From: Phoronis australis
Lineage: Eukaryota; Animalia; Phoronida
Assembly (NCBI GenBank): GCA_002633005.1
Contig: NMRA01000008.1
Location: 960,642 to 1,024,641, forward strand
Direction of reading: 5' to 3'
DNA length: 64,000 nucleotides
Shown here: positions 23,646 to 36,086 of the stretch, piece by piece
Numbering within the stretch: the stretch's first letter is position 1
How the letters are laid out: each line of letters opens with the position of its first letter
The notes under the pieces: model-generated
Told to the model about the DNA's origin: nothing
The model's database searches: none
What the model saw: only the letters and a program-made list of their open reading frames with translations
Program-made: the position numbers and the translations under genes

Positions 23646-23799
23646 TGACATTCTAATAACAGGGAATATAAAACAGAAACAAAACAAGCAATGCAATACT
23701 TGAAGCTAACTAAGTTTTTCATCAAACTAAAACTTTGAGAAAAAGAGAAGAAGGAAAAGGAAAGCTAATTTGGTGCATGGCTTTTAATAATACTAGTTT

Positions 23800-24590
23800 T
23801 TAAAGAGAAAACATCTTTTGAAGATATGTTCTGACACACATTTAAGTACATTAGTGTTTGAAAAATACATCAAGATATTGCTTCCATACAGTGAAAAATT
23901 AGCATGAGCAGACATTTGTTAAATTTGAATGGAATAGATCCAAGTATCATGTAAGTTCACAGAGTGGAAGAGCAGTTGGCGTTGAGCATTGATGAAGGGG
24001 TATTTCATGAAAAAATGATCTACCATTGGTCTCTCCGCATATAGACTTCAGTTGGAGGTATCGGGGAATATGATTAATTTGTTGGAAATACAGGTTAAGT
24101 CCAAATCTTAAATGATTTTCATAAATTTCTTTAGGATGTAGTAAATATGTGTTTGCAATGGGTCCAATTACAGTTAGTGAAATTTTTCTTTGGAAGTGAG
24201 GATCAGATTTTAACTTGAAGGGTTGAATTAGGCCGAATTTACTATTAATTCATTGGGGACTGTCGCGCATACCGAGACTGTAGTCTTTCTAAAGTCTTGA
24301 AGGTTATTAAAGGGAATACATAATTCAGCTAGTTTTCTTAGTTCAAAATTAGGTCATCTGGTATTATGTTATAATATTTGATTGAATTTGAATAATTATG
24401 AATGCCATTAGTGTCTTTAATGGGTATGTCATGAAATGCGACTTTATAGTTGGATAGGGTAACCCAGTTGAATGTGTCTAATGTTTTTATTTTACTGGAT
24501 CCTTTAATAACCCCAGTAACATAAAGGATAACATGGCTCTGCAGTTGCTCAAGCCTTATTAGATCATTCATACTTGTACTGGTAATGACG
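23800..24590 (-). mobile_element. Decayed 3' end of a CR1/L2-clade LINE ORF2
   Basis: Minus-strand peptides LIRLEQLQSHVILYVTGVIKGSSKIKTLDTFNWVTLS and ...QRQLLF...LYGSN..NTNVLKCVSEHIFK resemble the post-RT C-terminus of invertebrate CR1 ORF2; contains stops and frameshifts. Confidence 0.65.
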
Positions 24591-26782
24591 GTTGGATATA
24601 ACGTGCCCCAATTTTGAGAACCGGTTCTAGCCACTGAATAAGTGGTGGAAAACTGGTTCTCAAAAAACGTGCACGTGGTATCCGACTATTGCCATCTACT
24701 GATGTAATTATACACACTGGTGAGATAGGCCATTCAAAGAAGTTGTGCATGGTTTACACTTCAATGCCAACTACAGGTTTGAGCAGCACAGTGTATCTCC
24801 TCTAGCAATGCTCTTCCACGATTAATCCATATGAATTGTCAAAACATGTTGGTGTGGTTCCTGTGGGATTCTTGTTGTAGAACCTGTTGTAAGACATGAA
24901 CAATATTCTCATCTTGCCAATTCCACGCATCAGGCTGGAAGTTACACATGTAGTTAATTAGGTGGTGACACCAGGGGGCAGTAATATACAGTGATTTACA
25001 GTTAGTGGATGACACAAACCGACCTGGCACTGAAGAATTCTGACTAACACTCCCATGGAAAGTGTTAGTCAAATAATGTAAAATTCTGACTGACTAACGT
25101 TCCCCATGGAAAACGTTAGTCGATGGCATGAACCTACATTGGAGAATTTTGACTAACGGTTCCCACAGAAAACAGTTGATGACATAAATCCACACATCAA
25201 CAGAATTCTGCCTGACTAATACTCCGGTTGCTCCGCACAGAAAGCATTAGTTGATGGCATGAATCTATACAGGAGAATTAAAACTATCTTTCCCCACAGG
25301 AAACCTTAGTCAATGAAATGAATCCTTATTGGTGAACTCTGCCTGACTAGCGTTCCCCACGAAAACGTTAGTGGTTGGCATGAATCTACATGGGTAAATT
25401 CTGATAGACTAATGTTCTCCAAGGAAAACATTAGTCGATGGCATGAATCTAAGTGAGAGAATTCAAACTAACTATTCGTACAGAAAACCTTAGTGGATGA
25501 AATGAATTTATATTGGTGAACTCTGCCAGTTCCCCACTGAAAATGTAAGTCGATGGCATGAAACTACACTCATTGATAAATGTTAGTCAAACTTGTCATT
25601 GGAGAACTCCAACTAACTGATCTTAGTTTGAAGAAAAATGCTTTCAATCAGTTAGTATTAGTTATCTTGACAAGTTTCAACCAGTAATTAGTAGCACTTT
25701 GATTAACGTTGAATTACGAAATCAATGAGAGACTCACAATATGGAAAACCATTTGAAAAACAATTGCCATTTGTAATTATGACATGTTAAGTTTAGAATA
25801 TCATAAAACAATGTTAGTACTTCTTATCCTGGCTGAACGCAATTATAACGATCCATCAACAAATAACAATTTTAGAGCATTTGAGTGGTTGCACTCCAAG
25901 AATTTACATATGCAAGTGCATATTAAATTCCTTTCTCTGAAATAAATAATTATGAAAATAGCCTTTTTTGACAAGATACTCTGTTGCAAAGTGAAGCTAT
26001 AATCCCGTGAATTAAGGAATTTTGTGAGGAATCATTTTTAATCAGTCCTGGAACGTACTACCCGTGAGGGTTTGACAGGTATGTGTTATATTACCCTTAA
26101 AGCTGCATCTCGTCCTATTTAGCTGGCTCAGAAGTGAAAATTGAATTAAACAGTTTAGTCTGACTTACGAAATTTAGCTCATAATAATTCTTACAATGGT
26201 AGGATTCTATTTCCGTTTCCAACAATAACTTCAAAACCATCACAAATTCAAGAAAAGAGTTGATTGGAATTATCCAACCTTAGAATTGCACAGATTTGAA
26301 AATGACACCTGTAGGCATTGCCTGTGACTAGAGTTGCCAGCTCATCACATAATGATTCAGGTTCAGTTATCTGGTAATGTTTTTAAAGCCAAAAAAAACT
26401 TCCACTGAAAAATTAATATTGACAAGTTAACGGGTAAAATTCTGCTTAAAAGGATGCTCCTGTTGTTTTTAAGTCTAGTTAGGTATAAGCCATGAAAATT
26501 TTTCTTTTCTCTTGAATAAACATTAAAATCGGCATTGGCAGAAATCTAATTCTCAGGGTTTTTTGTAATACTGGACTTCCAATTTGTGTGTGGGACAAAA
26601 AGGTACTCAAACTTAGGGAAATGTGAAGTTGTACTTGTAAAAACGGAATCATGTCGTCCAAAATATGTCTTTCATGATTAAAAAAGGCTTTTTTCACTTA
26701 CAGACTTCTTTGGAATTTTTATCTGCTTCTGCTAGGTCCCACTAAAGAAATTTTCTTGTCATGTTTTTATTGTCCCCTTCAG

Positions 26783-26834
26783 GAAAAATCAGGCATTTCT
26801 AGATAGACTTGAAAGGCAAAGTGGCGGCAGATGA
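26783..26834 (+). CDS. EPSTI1: EPSTI1-like last coding exon
   Basis: ccccttcag acceptor, phase 2 matches; RKNQAFLDRLERQSGGR*, compare EPSTI1 K.AEFL.KL. Confidence 0.82.
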
Positions 26835-27188
26835 TTTGTGGGCGTTCACGATTGACATTCATTGTTCATGGAGAAGGCCAGGCATAACAGAAAAGCCAAG
26901 AGTAAATAATCATAGATGATACACGGATGATTTTATATGGAAAGAAGCTGTGTTTTAACAGCAATGGTATTTTAGAGTTTTAAAATAGACTTGTCAGCCA
27001 GTAGTGACCTCTATTATTTGTGAATTTTCAGTTTTGTACATTTTTGTGTTGTATATTTTCGTGTTTGTACATTTCCATGTGTATTGTGAATTTCCTGCCG
27101 ATACAATGTTCTTGAAAAGTAAAACATTTGTATGCTCCTGTTATTTCTCCTTCAAAGGAAATGTCTTGTGAAAATAGTTCTAGTCCAA

Positions 27189-27810
27189 GAGTCTGTTTCA
27201 GCCTGAATAATGGCTTTTGTAAGTCTTAAAAGACTTAGGACTGAAATTTGGTCTGACGCTCCACACAACTATTATGGTAAAACATTATATCCCTCTTGGG
27301 CAAAAATGCAAAGTCTTTGAGAATATGCTCATAACTGTCGGTCACTTTTCAGCCAACTGTGAAATGGGAGCTAAGACCAAATTTCTGTCTTAAGGTTACG
27401 GGTATCTCAAACCTTGTTCACCAAAATTGGCTATTTTTACAGCATTTCAGGTGTCTAGCAAAATACCTTATCTTCATTCTCAGGGAACTAATCAAAAATT
27501 CCTAACAGCGTTTTTGTGGTAACTGGTGAAGTTTTCATTTAAAAAAAGGTTTCATTAAAATCGACCGAGGGGTTATTTTGCTATGAATGTACCTTTCTTA
27601 AAACTGAAATTTTGAATTAAAAAGGTGCTAACCTAATCATAATAATGGTACATAAATATAAAACATATTTTTATATTCCCTGATCTTTTTTTTCAGAAAA
27701 TATATACTTTTTCTAGTTGTCAAAGCTTAGTTTTTTAGTATATAATTAGGAGTTAGAATGGAGGCCAGGTTTGAGATAACCTTTTAAAAGTCACTGTCAT
27801 GAAACAGACC
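27189..27810. mobile_element. Nested MITEs: TTAA-flanked element (~27394-27783) inside a GTCTGTTTCA/TGAAACAGAC-ended MITE
   Basis: Outer TIR gtctgtttca..tgaaacagac plus internal inverted aaatttggtct/agaccaaattt; inner TIR tatctcaaacc/ggtttgagata next to TTAA. Confidence 0.6.
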
Positions 27811-30800
27811 TCAGGTGTATTGCACTGAGTGGTTGTTGCCATGGTTACCAATATGCTTCTTGTGCTGGTCTACTGTATTACTCTATGAATGCATTTTGCC
27901 ATGACAACAGCCGCTGAATTTAATTGCTGTACTGACTAAGTGGTATAATCATTCTAAGTGGTACATAGCACAATGGCAGACTGGCATATTGGCTGTGTTT
28001 TCCTGGTTGGGGACAAATGTTGTATTTGCCTAAATGCGTCTTATCTTCACAAACGTTCATGGTCTTTGTCTCCCAAATTCTGAGAGGTGACTGCCCTCTC
28101 TGCCGAAATGCTTACACGGTGCTAGATTTCTCTGGACAAATCGGTTACGTTCTGCTTCAACATGTAACTTTCTTTACCAAAAATATAAATATTTTCCTGC
28201 TGACATCAAAACCAAACGTCATTTGGTCGCTTCACCGTTTGTTGTTGACAACATTCTTGTGGATCCTTTTTAAAATCCGAATGCTCGCAAGCGCCATCTT
28301 GATTGCTTTTTCAATACTATAAGTTGGATGTTTCTAATAAAACCATGGAATAAATGTGTTTCATTGATTGCTTGAATTGGAAGTTTGGCGGCTACTAATT
28401 TGGATGTATTCCACTTTGAAGTTTTTTTACATTCCTCTCACAGAACAATCTCCACTAACCTAATGGTGTAAATGTTATCACGATAATTTTGAATCAATTA
28501 CTGCCGACCACTCACGTTAGCGACGCAATTGATTCAAAATCTGGTGTCTAAAAACATCGTTGCTAATGCTTTGAACAATAAATTAAATGAGATTTGGTTC
28601 AGCCATTATTTTCAAATCGCGAGTTATGCGTTATGCGTGCAAAATGACTGAACCAGGAAGCCTGCTATAGTTTCTACTACATTTAAGTTGCAGTTATGCT
28701 TATAATTTTTTTTCTAGCATTTGGTAAGCTGAACCAGGGCTGTGTTTCATAGACGCAAGAATCTCAAGAAAACGAAGCGTGAGCTTGCTATCCCGAGTGA
28801 GAAGCGAGTGTTTCGCGCATACAGTCAGACCGCTTGCGTACCCTAGTAAAGTGGCGACCTCTCGAGTTATTGCTCGTGACGAGATTTTCCCCAACTACAG
28901 CCTGACACCCTGAAGTGTTCTGAAAACCCAGACACGTTTGCGTTGTCTATTGAGCCTGTCTACTGTATTCGGAGATCCCAAATTTAATGAAGCGAAGACG
29001 TAACCAGTAGTCAGCATGTCAAGGTATTTCGAATGCCACATAAAGCGATTGCGTTTTCAATACACTGTAGTTCACCGACTTTTAGAAGTCGAAACACCAA
29101 CTGTATTATTTTTTCTCGCTGAAAAACACCGTGCCAGTTATTTTCTCGAAAGTAACGCTTTTGTAAATTAGGCCTGAGGGGTTCACCACTATGTATGGCC
29201 TAATCAGCCCAGGCTTGATCAAACCTCACCAAGTCTAACAATAGAACACCCCTCAGGGTTTGGTGCCTAAAGCTTTTGATGTGGTGACATACCGCTTTCT
29301 TGGAGCTCGGGGGTAAAAATGCACCGATTCCTTTAGGAATGTGTGCAAAAGCTGCAAGTTTTGCGCGTATGTCGGTGATGTTGGAATATTCATACTGGTA
29401 AGTCGCGAACTAAGATTCCTCGCCGAAAGTGCATCGCGAGTGTCTTGTATTTACGGAACGCTTCCCAGTTTAAAAAGTATGGAATCATCTTTGTGTGAAA
29501 AACATTGCGGTCGCAGTAACTGATCTTGTATTTTGCATATCACAGTTACACTGCTGCAGCGATGACGTTTGAGGGAAAGGGAAAACTAAGCGACTATTTT
29601 GAGTAAGTTCTCTCAGCTGAATTTTTAAAGAAATAGTGTATGGTATTGCTGACCTTGGGCAGGGTCGGATTAAGATTTTTTCGGTCACCCTGGAAAGTTC
29701 GAGGTCCTATTGTCGCGTTAGTCGCGTTACATTTTCTCCATCTTCTCAACTGTCGCCAACGCTTTGTGCACTGTTCTCCAGAGCGCTTTTAAGAATTGTT
29801 TTTAAAATGTTCCACTTTTGCATGAGGAGCTAAGTTAAAATAGAACATTTATGAATTTCATAGAATTTCAAAGTTGGATAAAATGGAAACGAAATGAAAT
29901 AGCGCTTTTGAGATCTCATCCCAACATTTATATCAAAAAGAACTTGGATCATGTTACATCGGTCGCCAAAGTTCCGACAGTCCTCCCTCCGGTCGCTACA
30001 TTTTTCTCCTTCATTCTTGACACTGGTGTGCCCCTCATTTCGAGACGCCCTCTGCCTGCGAAGCAGGCCCTACGGAGGTGGTAATATCGGTACTGGCTAT
30101 TGATCATCGTTGGTACTTTTTGCCACATCCGGCGACTTTGGTACTGTTCTCGAAAAGGCATATCTTTACAAACTCAACATTCAAGTTTACTTATCTGTTC
30201 AATGAAAGTCGTTTCGCCTCATTAGTGTGACGTAAAAATATAATTCCGGGCTTCTGTTTGAAGAGTAATCAGGGTATTTGTTATTCGCATGGGCCTTTCA
30301 GTTTTCATCGTTGGTTTTCTTCTGTCCGTCCCTTCAAGAAAGTAGTGTAAGTTATTATTAGGCTACCAGAGCAATACTGCTGTCACACTCCACCCTTCAC
30401 TTACCGGTATAAACACCCGCTCACTGGCCGGCAATTGACACGGCTCAATGTCGAACTCGTGAGCATGCGCGCACCCAGGGGAGGAGGGCTCGGTCCGCCC
30501 CTAAGAAACAAAAAGTCCGAGAAAATGAGACAAAAGTTCACAAAACAAGCACAGACACGCAATTCACAGTGGTGGCCCCGTTTTTTATTTGTTTATTTTT
30601 TTTAGTCCTCTCGCCGTTTTGTTACCAAAAGGTCCACGACGTCAATAAATCTGTCTATTTGAAACATAAGTTGTCTTTTTCATTCCAAATGTCGAAAATG
30701 CGCCCAACTAAACACAAAGTACCAACGATACTGAGAAATTTTGTCTGCTATGCGTAGCCTGCCCTGTCAGAGAAGCTACCACCTGCTGTGGATACTTTTG

Positions 30801-33235
30801 TAACGAATGGTGTACCATGAAGTATATTTGAAGGACTGATAAAACACGCAGTTTTGACGCATCGTACATTGTTCAAGAACACCTAGAAAAAATCAGACTG
30901 GTCCACGCACGTGCCGTCGTTGTTTATGCACAATCTCCTGCGTCTGAAAAGCTTTCGAGCCGGAATGCATTTTTTTACGTGTGCCTTCATTCAATTTTTC
31001 CAAATATCTATGAAATCTCACAGGATGCGGCCAGTGAAATTCCCGTGGGTACAAGTGAGGGACTTGATCAGTGTCGAGTGGCTGTCACTCACGAGTGACC
31101 AGCTTGAGAACGGGTTCCAGGTCACGATCGCTCGATAATAGTCGTCAATTTCCGTGTGATTACATATCGACTACGCTTGTATCCGTATTTACAGAAACTG
31201 TGGACAGTTATTTTATTTTCGTAGCATGCGACGGATAACGTCATAAGAAAATTTAGGAGTTAAGTGTCAGGTGATCATGTCCTGGATGAGTACACAGAAG
31301 AGATTTTTGAACACTTTATTTGCTGTTTCGCTCATAAGTCAATTTGCTCAGGCTATATTGAAGATCCAGTTTGTTTTACAAAAAAGACAAAAACAATGAA
31401 ATTCCGATTGATGAAAACAGGAGACTCTAATCTATATAAGGTACTGTATAGGTACAGTATGACTGACAACTGCATGGATAATTACCATCAAATTTACATA
31501 AATATTGCATGTTTGCGCCATAGTCATTAGTAGCGTTACTAAAAACGGCAATAAATAATAATAATAATAATAATATTAACTAGCAATAAATACAACTACC
31601 AGCATAACAGGCTACACGTAAATGTCGCGGACATTTCTACCCCATTTAGCTACAATAATTTAATGTACTTAATCGATACCTGAAATAATAGCGGAAACAC
31701 GTGTAAATGCAAGTTGCAGATGCAAGCACATTTCTCAAGGATTTAATTTGGGAACTGACAGGTCCCTAATGACTGTCGAGCACGCCGCCTTATGTCAACA
31801 TCATTAACCTAATATTTATAGTGCTTACGTAAAGTACACCGGTACCCTAGGAATAGGAATGACTTTTGATGTCTTAATATAAAATGCACGGAAAAAATTA
31901 CGTGCGAAATACATGCATCGAAGCGTTCAACGCTTGATGAGACAACTGCAAAATACTGCAAAACACGGTCACAAGGGAGAGTAATTTGCAGTTTTTGCCG
32001 GTTCTGTTGACTTTGCGTGTGTTCCAAATATATGCACTTAGTTAGGCTCATGCGCATATAACTAAGTGTTTACCACGGAGATGCATGCGCCTATGCTTCA
32101 CTACAGACGCAGGTGGATGTTTTTTAGTGCTTTTCTCCTTTCTTTATAGTGATTTTCGGTTAGGAAATAATTACGATATTGACAATATGTCGACGTCTGC
32201 TGCAAACGTTAACCCACATGCCATGCCGTTCAATTTACAAGAATATTTTCCAAGTAGGTGCACGCCTAAGGCACTACACCAGTGATAACGGCGTACAGGG
32301 CTAGTGACAAATTTACACGGTATGTATAAGTCCGTAAACGTCCAATAACATTAACGCATAAATAATTTATCGAAGGTCCTACGCATGCAAACGCAGATTA
32401 ACAAATCTTAAGAGTTGGAATTGATGCTAGAACTTAGGCATTGTGTCATGATTTGAATTGCAATAACATTACAAAATAATTTAGTTTAGCACTGTAAATC
32501 GATGGCATCTGGTTCATTAATGTGTTCACACTGACATGCGACGCTTAGGCGCTCTGAGTTAAAACCGGCATTTTAGATTTTCAGTCTTTTACTAGATTTA
32601 ATCCATCACCGGACGAACAATGAGATTCCGTATCCTGTAGCAAAACTCTTAGCTTGACGCTTACGAAAGCGTCAAGGGCGATGTGTGAAATCAACTTCGT
32701 GACGTTCTCCCAATAGCAAACTGTTCGAAGAAGCTCGTTAGTTGTTGAACTGTAACAAAAACAATAAGATTAGTCAAACGTTTCCGTCCTTCGTGATTGC
32801 GCTGTTCGCAGTTTGAATTGAATATATGACAGTTAACACAAACTGACGTAATTTTATGTAATTTTGAGTGGAACTGATGAATGCGACAAGAAGGTTGAGG
32901 GTCACTTTTTCTCACTACAGATTCTCAGTTAAATCAATATTTAGATGCCTGTTCTGTCACACATGTCAGTCAGAACTCCGTTTGAAAAGGTGACCTGGTT
33001 CATGTTCATTGCCAAGAGTGTGTTCTCTAGAGTATCGTTTTTGCCCAACATAGTACTGTAACAAATGCATATTTAACTTTATTGCATTTAATAGGAGCCG
33101 TGGCTCGCTTAAGCTTGGCCGTCTCGTACAAAAGTGATGTTGTAAATTTTACATTTTCGCTTTTGCAATAGGATTTTTGGTATCACGATGCGCTCGTAAA
33201 TCTGAGGAGTCCTGTAGCTTCTTCCTTGAAGAAAC

Positions 33236-33280
33236 TCATTCAGTTCTTCTTGCTGTTAGCCCAAACGGAGTGAGTAACTC
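33236..33280 (-). CDS. IMP-L2-like, probable last coding exon
   Basis: tgtcaacag acceptor, phase 0; ELLTPFGLTARRTE*. No homology support; chosen on splice signals only. Confidence 0.5.
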   Translation of the reverse strand, partial: ELLTPFGLTARRTE

Positions 33281-33489
33281 CTGTTGACAAAATCACAGAT
33301 CCAAGTTTTTTAGTCAGTCTCGTGCATCAGACAGCACACAGCTGAAGTAGGCAAGGTGGCACAAGGAACTCGGGAAGCCATGACCCAATGTTTATTGCAA
33401 AAATGACTATCGCTTAGCTTATCAATTATGTTTGCCACCTTGTAACTTGTAACAAAAGAATACTACACTATTGAGACAACGATACTTAC

Positions 33490-33606
33490 GGCCATGAAAA
33501 AAGTATTTTGTTTATCTTCGCCAAATATATTTGCCGCTTCACAAATGTAATCTCCCATGTCGTGGTGCGAGACGGAACGAATAAGTAAGTCGCCATTCGG
33601 CAGCAG
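33490..33606 (-). CDS. IMP-L2-like exon 6 (end of Ig2)
   Basis: LLPNGDLLIRSVSHHDMGDYICEAANIFGEDKQNTFFMA; the NGDLLI..DMG.Y.C.A.N..G.D..TF pattern is typical of IMP-L2/ZIG Ig2. Confidence 0.9.
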
Positions 33607-33759
33607 CTGCAATGAAAAGGTTTTGAAATTTTGGAGCAAGCGTCAGAAAAGTTTCATAGGTAATTAATCAACAGCTTTCATTGCATGAAACTTGAGCATG
33701 AAAGTTGAATTATTTATTTAATGCGAATATTTTGGGTTGATCAAATTATTGCGCATTAC

Positions 33760-33920
33760 CTTGTACTTTTTGCGCTGATCTTTTAATATCCTTTCCCCTG
33801 AAGATTTTCTCCACGTCACGATTGGCTTTGGGAAACCAGAGGCTCGGCAGAAAAGTTGGACGTCAGCATCGTTCCTTTCGGCCCTTGTCTTTGTGTGCAT
33901 GTATATGACTGGGGCCTCGC
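33760..33920 (-). CDS. IMP-L2-like exon 5 (Ig2)
   Basis: GEAPVIYMHTKTRAERNDADVQLFCRASGFPKPIVTWRKSSGERILKDQRKKYK. Confidence 0.9.
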
Positions 33921-34108
33921 CTGTAGATCAAAGAAACAACTGCACTAACTCAAACGACCTCTGTTGTAGTTGTGAGAATTAATACAAAGTAACTACTATG
34001 TATTTCCGTTTTGAATACGCATAACCAAGCTATGTTCGTTTTTAAATCGAACGAGAACACAACCACACCGGTGTATGTATGCATTATAAATAATTTGTTT
34101 AAGCTTAC

Positions 34109-34165
34109 CTTCTTCTACGGATTGTTTCTTCATCAAACATTTGTCGTCGGCAACTTCTCCTTTAG
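34109..34165 (-). CDS. IMP-L2-like exon 4 (linker with conserved Cys)
   Basis: ttccag acceptor, gtaagc donor, phase 1-1; AKGEVADDKCLMKKQSVEE. Confidence 0.8.
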
Positions 34166-34891
34166 CTGGAATAGAACATAGAAACGATCAATAGGGTGAA
34201 ACGTCATTCGTCATGTCACATGACATGTCGTAATAGCTTTTGATATATTTTCAATAAAAACGTGCATGGAATTCGTACCTGATTTAGTAATGACAAATGC
34301 CTGTCTATAAATAAGTTTGAGTAAGTCTCAAGTTCTAAACCAACGTCATTCCGTTCTCATCCTTCGTTTGAATAAAATTTAGTAACAATAATCACCGTAA
34401 TTCCCCCGATGGCGCGCGCACTGTCTTTAGTCGGGGACTGTAACTTGCCCGCCGTGATAAGCAACAGTAACGATACCAAAGTCTTAAGCAATTACGAACT
34501 GACATTCTTTCTCATGTCTGAAAATCATTTCCCAGTTGTTTCTATCTTGAACAAAAAATTAAACAAATTTCATAGATGTACCAGAGAGGGTTCATCGGGA
34601 AGGCTAGCAGTTGTATGAAAAGATTTAAGGGACAGTTCCACCCGCGAACCTCTTCCTATTGCACATTGAGACCAAGTTATCCATTAAGAGTCGCCGACCC
34701 TGGTCGTGACGTTACATGCCTCCACCCAAAGCAACATTACTTTGTGAATGAATAGTGATGAAAGCATCCAAAACGTTCTTAGGTATGTAAATTTTCGTCT
34801 CTGCGAAAAAGAATCTAGTCCCTCACTTTATTTACCAGACAGAAAATTAAGTTAAGTGATTTAATGTTATTTCTTATGTACATCTAGTTAC

Positions 34892-35087
34892 CTATAACAA
34901 GTCTGGTGGACTTCACTTCTTTTCCCATAGGAGTTTGCGCTACACACGAATACACGCCTTGGTCCTCTGGAGTCAGACAGTCGAGCACGAGCTTAGCTTC
35001 AGTTTTCCCTCTGTTTATGAGCGGTCGTTGACGGTTATGACGAGTATTTTCGTATACTGCTTCGTCATCTGTCAGCTTTTCGTATTC
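34892..35087 (-). CDS. IMP-L2-like exon 3 (end of Ig1)
   Basis: EYEKLTDDEAVYENT...GKTEAKLVLDCLTPEDQGVYSCVAQTPMGKEVKSTRLVI; the L.LDC..D.G.Y.CVA motif is characteristic of IMP-L2/ZIG proteins. Confidence 0.9.
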
Positions 35088-35882
35088 CTGAAAGGAATGA
35101 AAAAATGATTATGTTTGATGTTGTTGAAATTAAATTCTTATCAAGCTATAGGTGAATTATGCTAGGTAATTAATATTGAAATGTTTGGAAATCATGGAAA
35201 TTGAGTTTAGCGTCATGTGACTGACTGTGAGCAAAGCAGTCTTCATTCATCGACATCACTACTAACACTTTTGAAATAACAATGAATTTCGTGTGTGATT
35301 TGCCCCATGAATTTAGAGACACATTAGAGTCATTTTGAAAAAGCTCACGTCTGAGGCACAGTGTACTCTCAGTGTTCAAGGGTTCCTGTTAAGCAGACGC
35401 AGTGGTGTTCGGCCGCTCACGGTAAGCTCTTTCGTGAAATAGTTTAAAACCAATTAACAGGTAGACCTATTTGACAAAATCATCTCGTTGATTGAAATCG
35501 TGAGAACAGGTCACGTGTTTCTGCAGAGAACCACTCGGATGGATACCTGTAGTGGGCGCTGTCCAGGGTCGTTTACTTGACACGTGCTGCGATTAAATGT
35601 TGGCGTAAGGAAATTGTGAATATTCCATGTTTGCTTTTCCTATCATAATTCACTATGCCAGTGACGGATAAATAACCGTAAAAACACTTTCAGGTAGTGG
35701 TAATTATTTTGTTTGGCTATGCCAACAACTGGTTTCAAACTTAGCTTACCGTAGCTCAAACGAGACCTTGCGTTCCACTAACTTGAACCTTGCGAAATAT
35801 TACTGAAGTTGAAAGATTTATCTGGATAGAACGCGGCCACGATTTACGTGTTCAAGACCACTGGTATCTCATTTCAACTTAC

Positions 35883-36086
35883 ATGATAAATTCTTGACCC
35901 ATTCAAAAGCCAGTGAATGGTTGGAACTGGCGAGGAAGTGGCGCCGCAGTTCAACTCTACAGTTCCATATAAGGGAGCTTCGACCACTTTTGGCAAGTCG
36001 GATGTGATTTCAATGGGAGACAATGTTACCTCGTTGCCACCTTTGTATTTGCTATTGCCTTTGCCTCTCTTCTGCTCGAGATGTTT
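35883..36086 (-). CDS. IMP-L2-like exon 2 (Ig1)
   Basis: KHLEQKRG...VELNCGATSSPVPTIHWLLNGSRIYH; ttttgcag acceptor, gtaagt donor. Confidence 0.9.

Larger units (their letters stand above)
20426..25781. mobile_element. ~5.4-kb foldback-type element: long imperfect TIRs with subterminal arrays of ~60-bp palindromic units
   Basis: Left CAAATGGCAAGTATTTTTTCAAATGGTTTTCCATATTGTGAG..TTCAACGTTAGTCAAAGTG is the reverse complement of right CACTTTGATTAACGTTGAA..CTCACAATATGGAAAACCATTTGAAAAACAATTGCCATTTG. GACTAACGTT..AACGTTAGTC units at ~20620-20885 and ~25035-25590. Confidence 0.8.

Noticed and set aside
28230-28300. Minus-strand AAGATGGCG start with short ORF MALASIRILKRIHKNVVNNKR*
   Set aside because: No convincing donor or downstream exons; probably a YY1-like motif in non-coding or repeat DNA.
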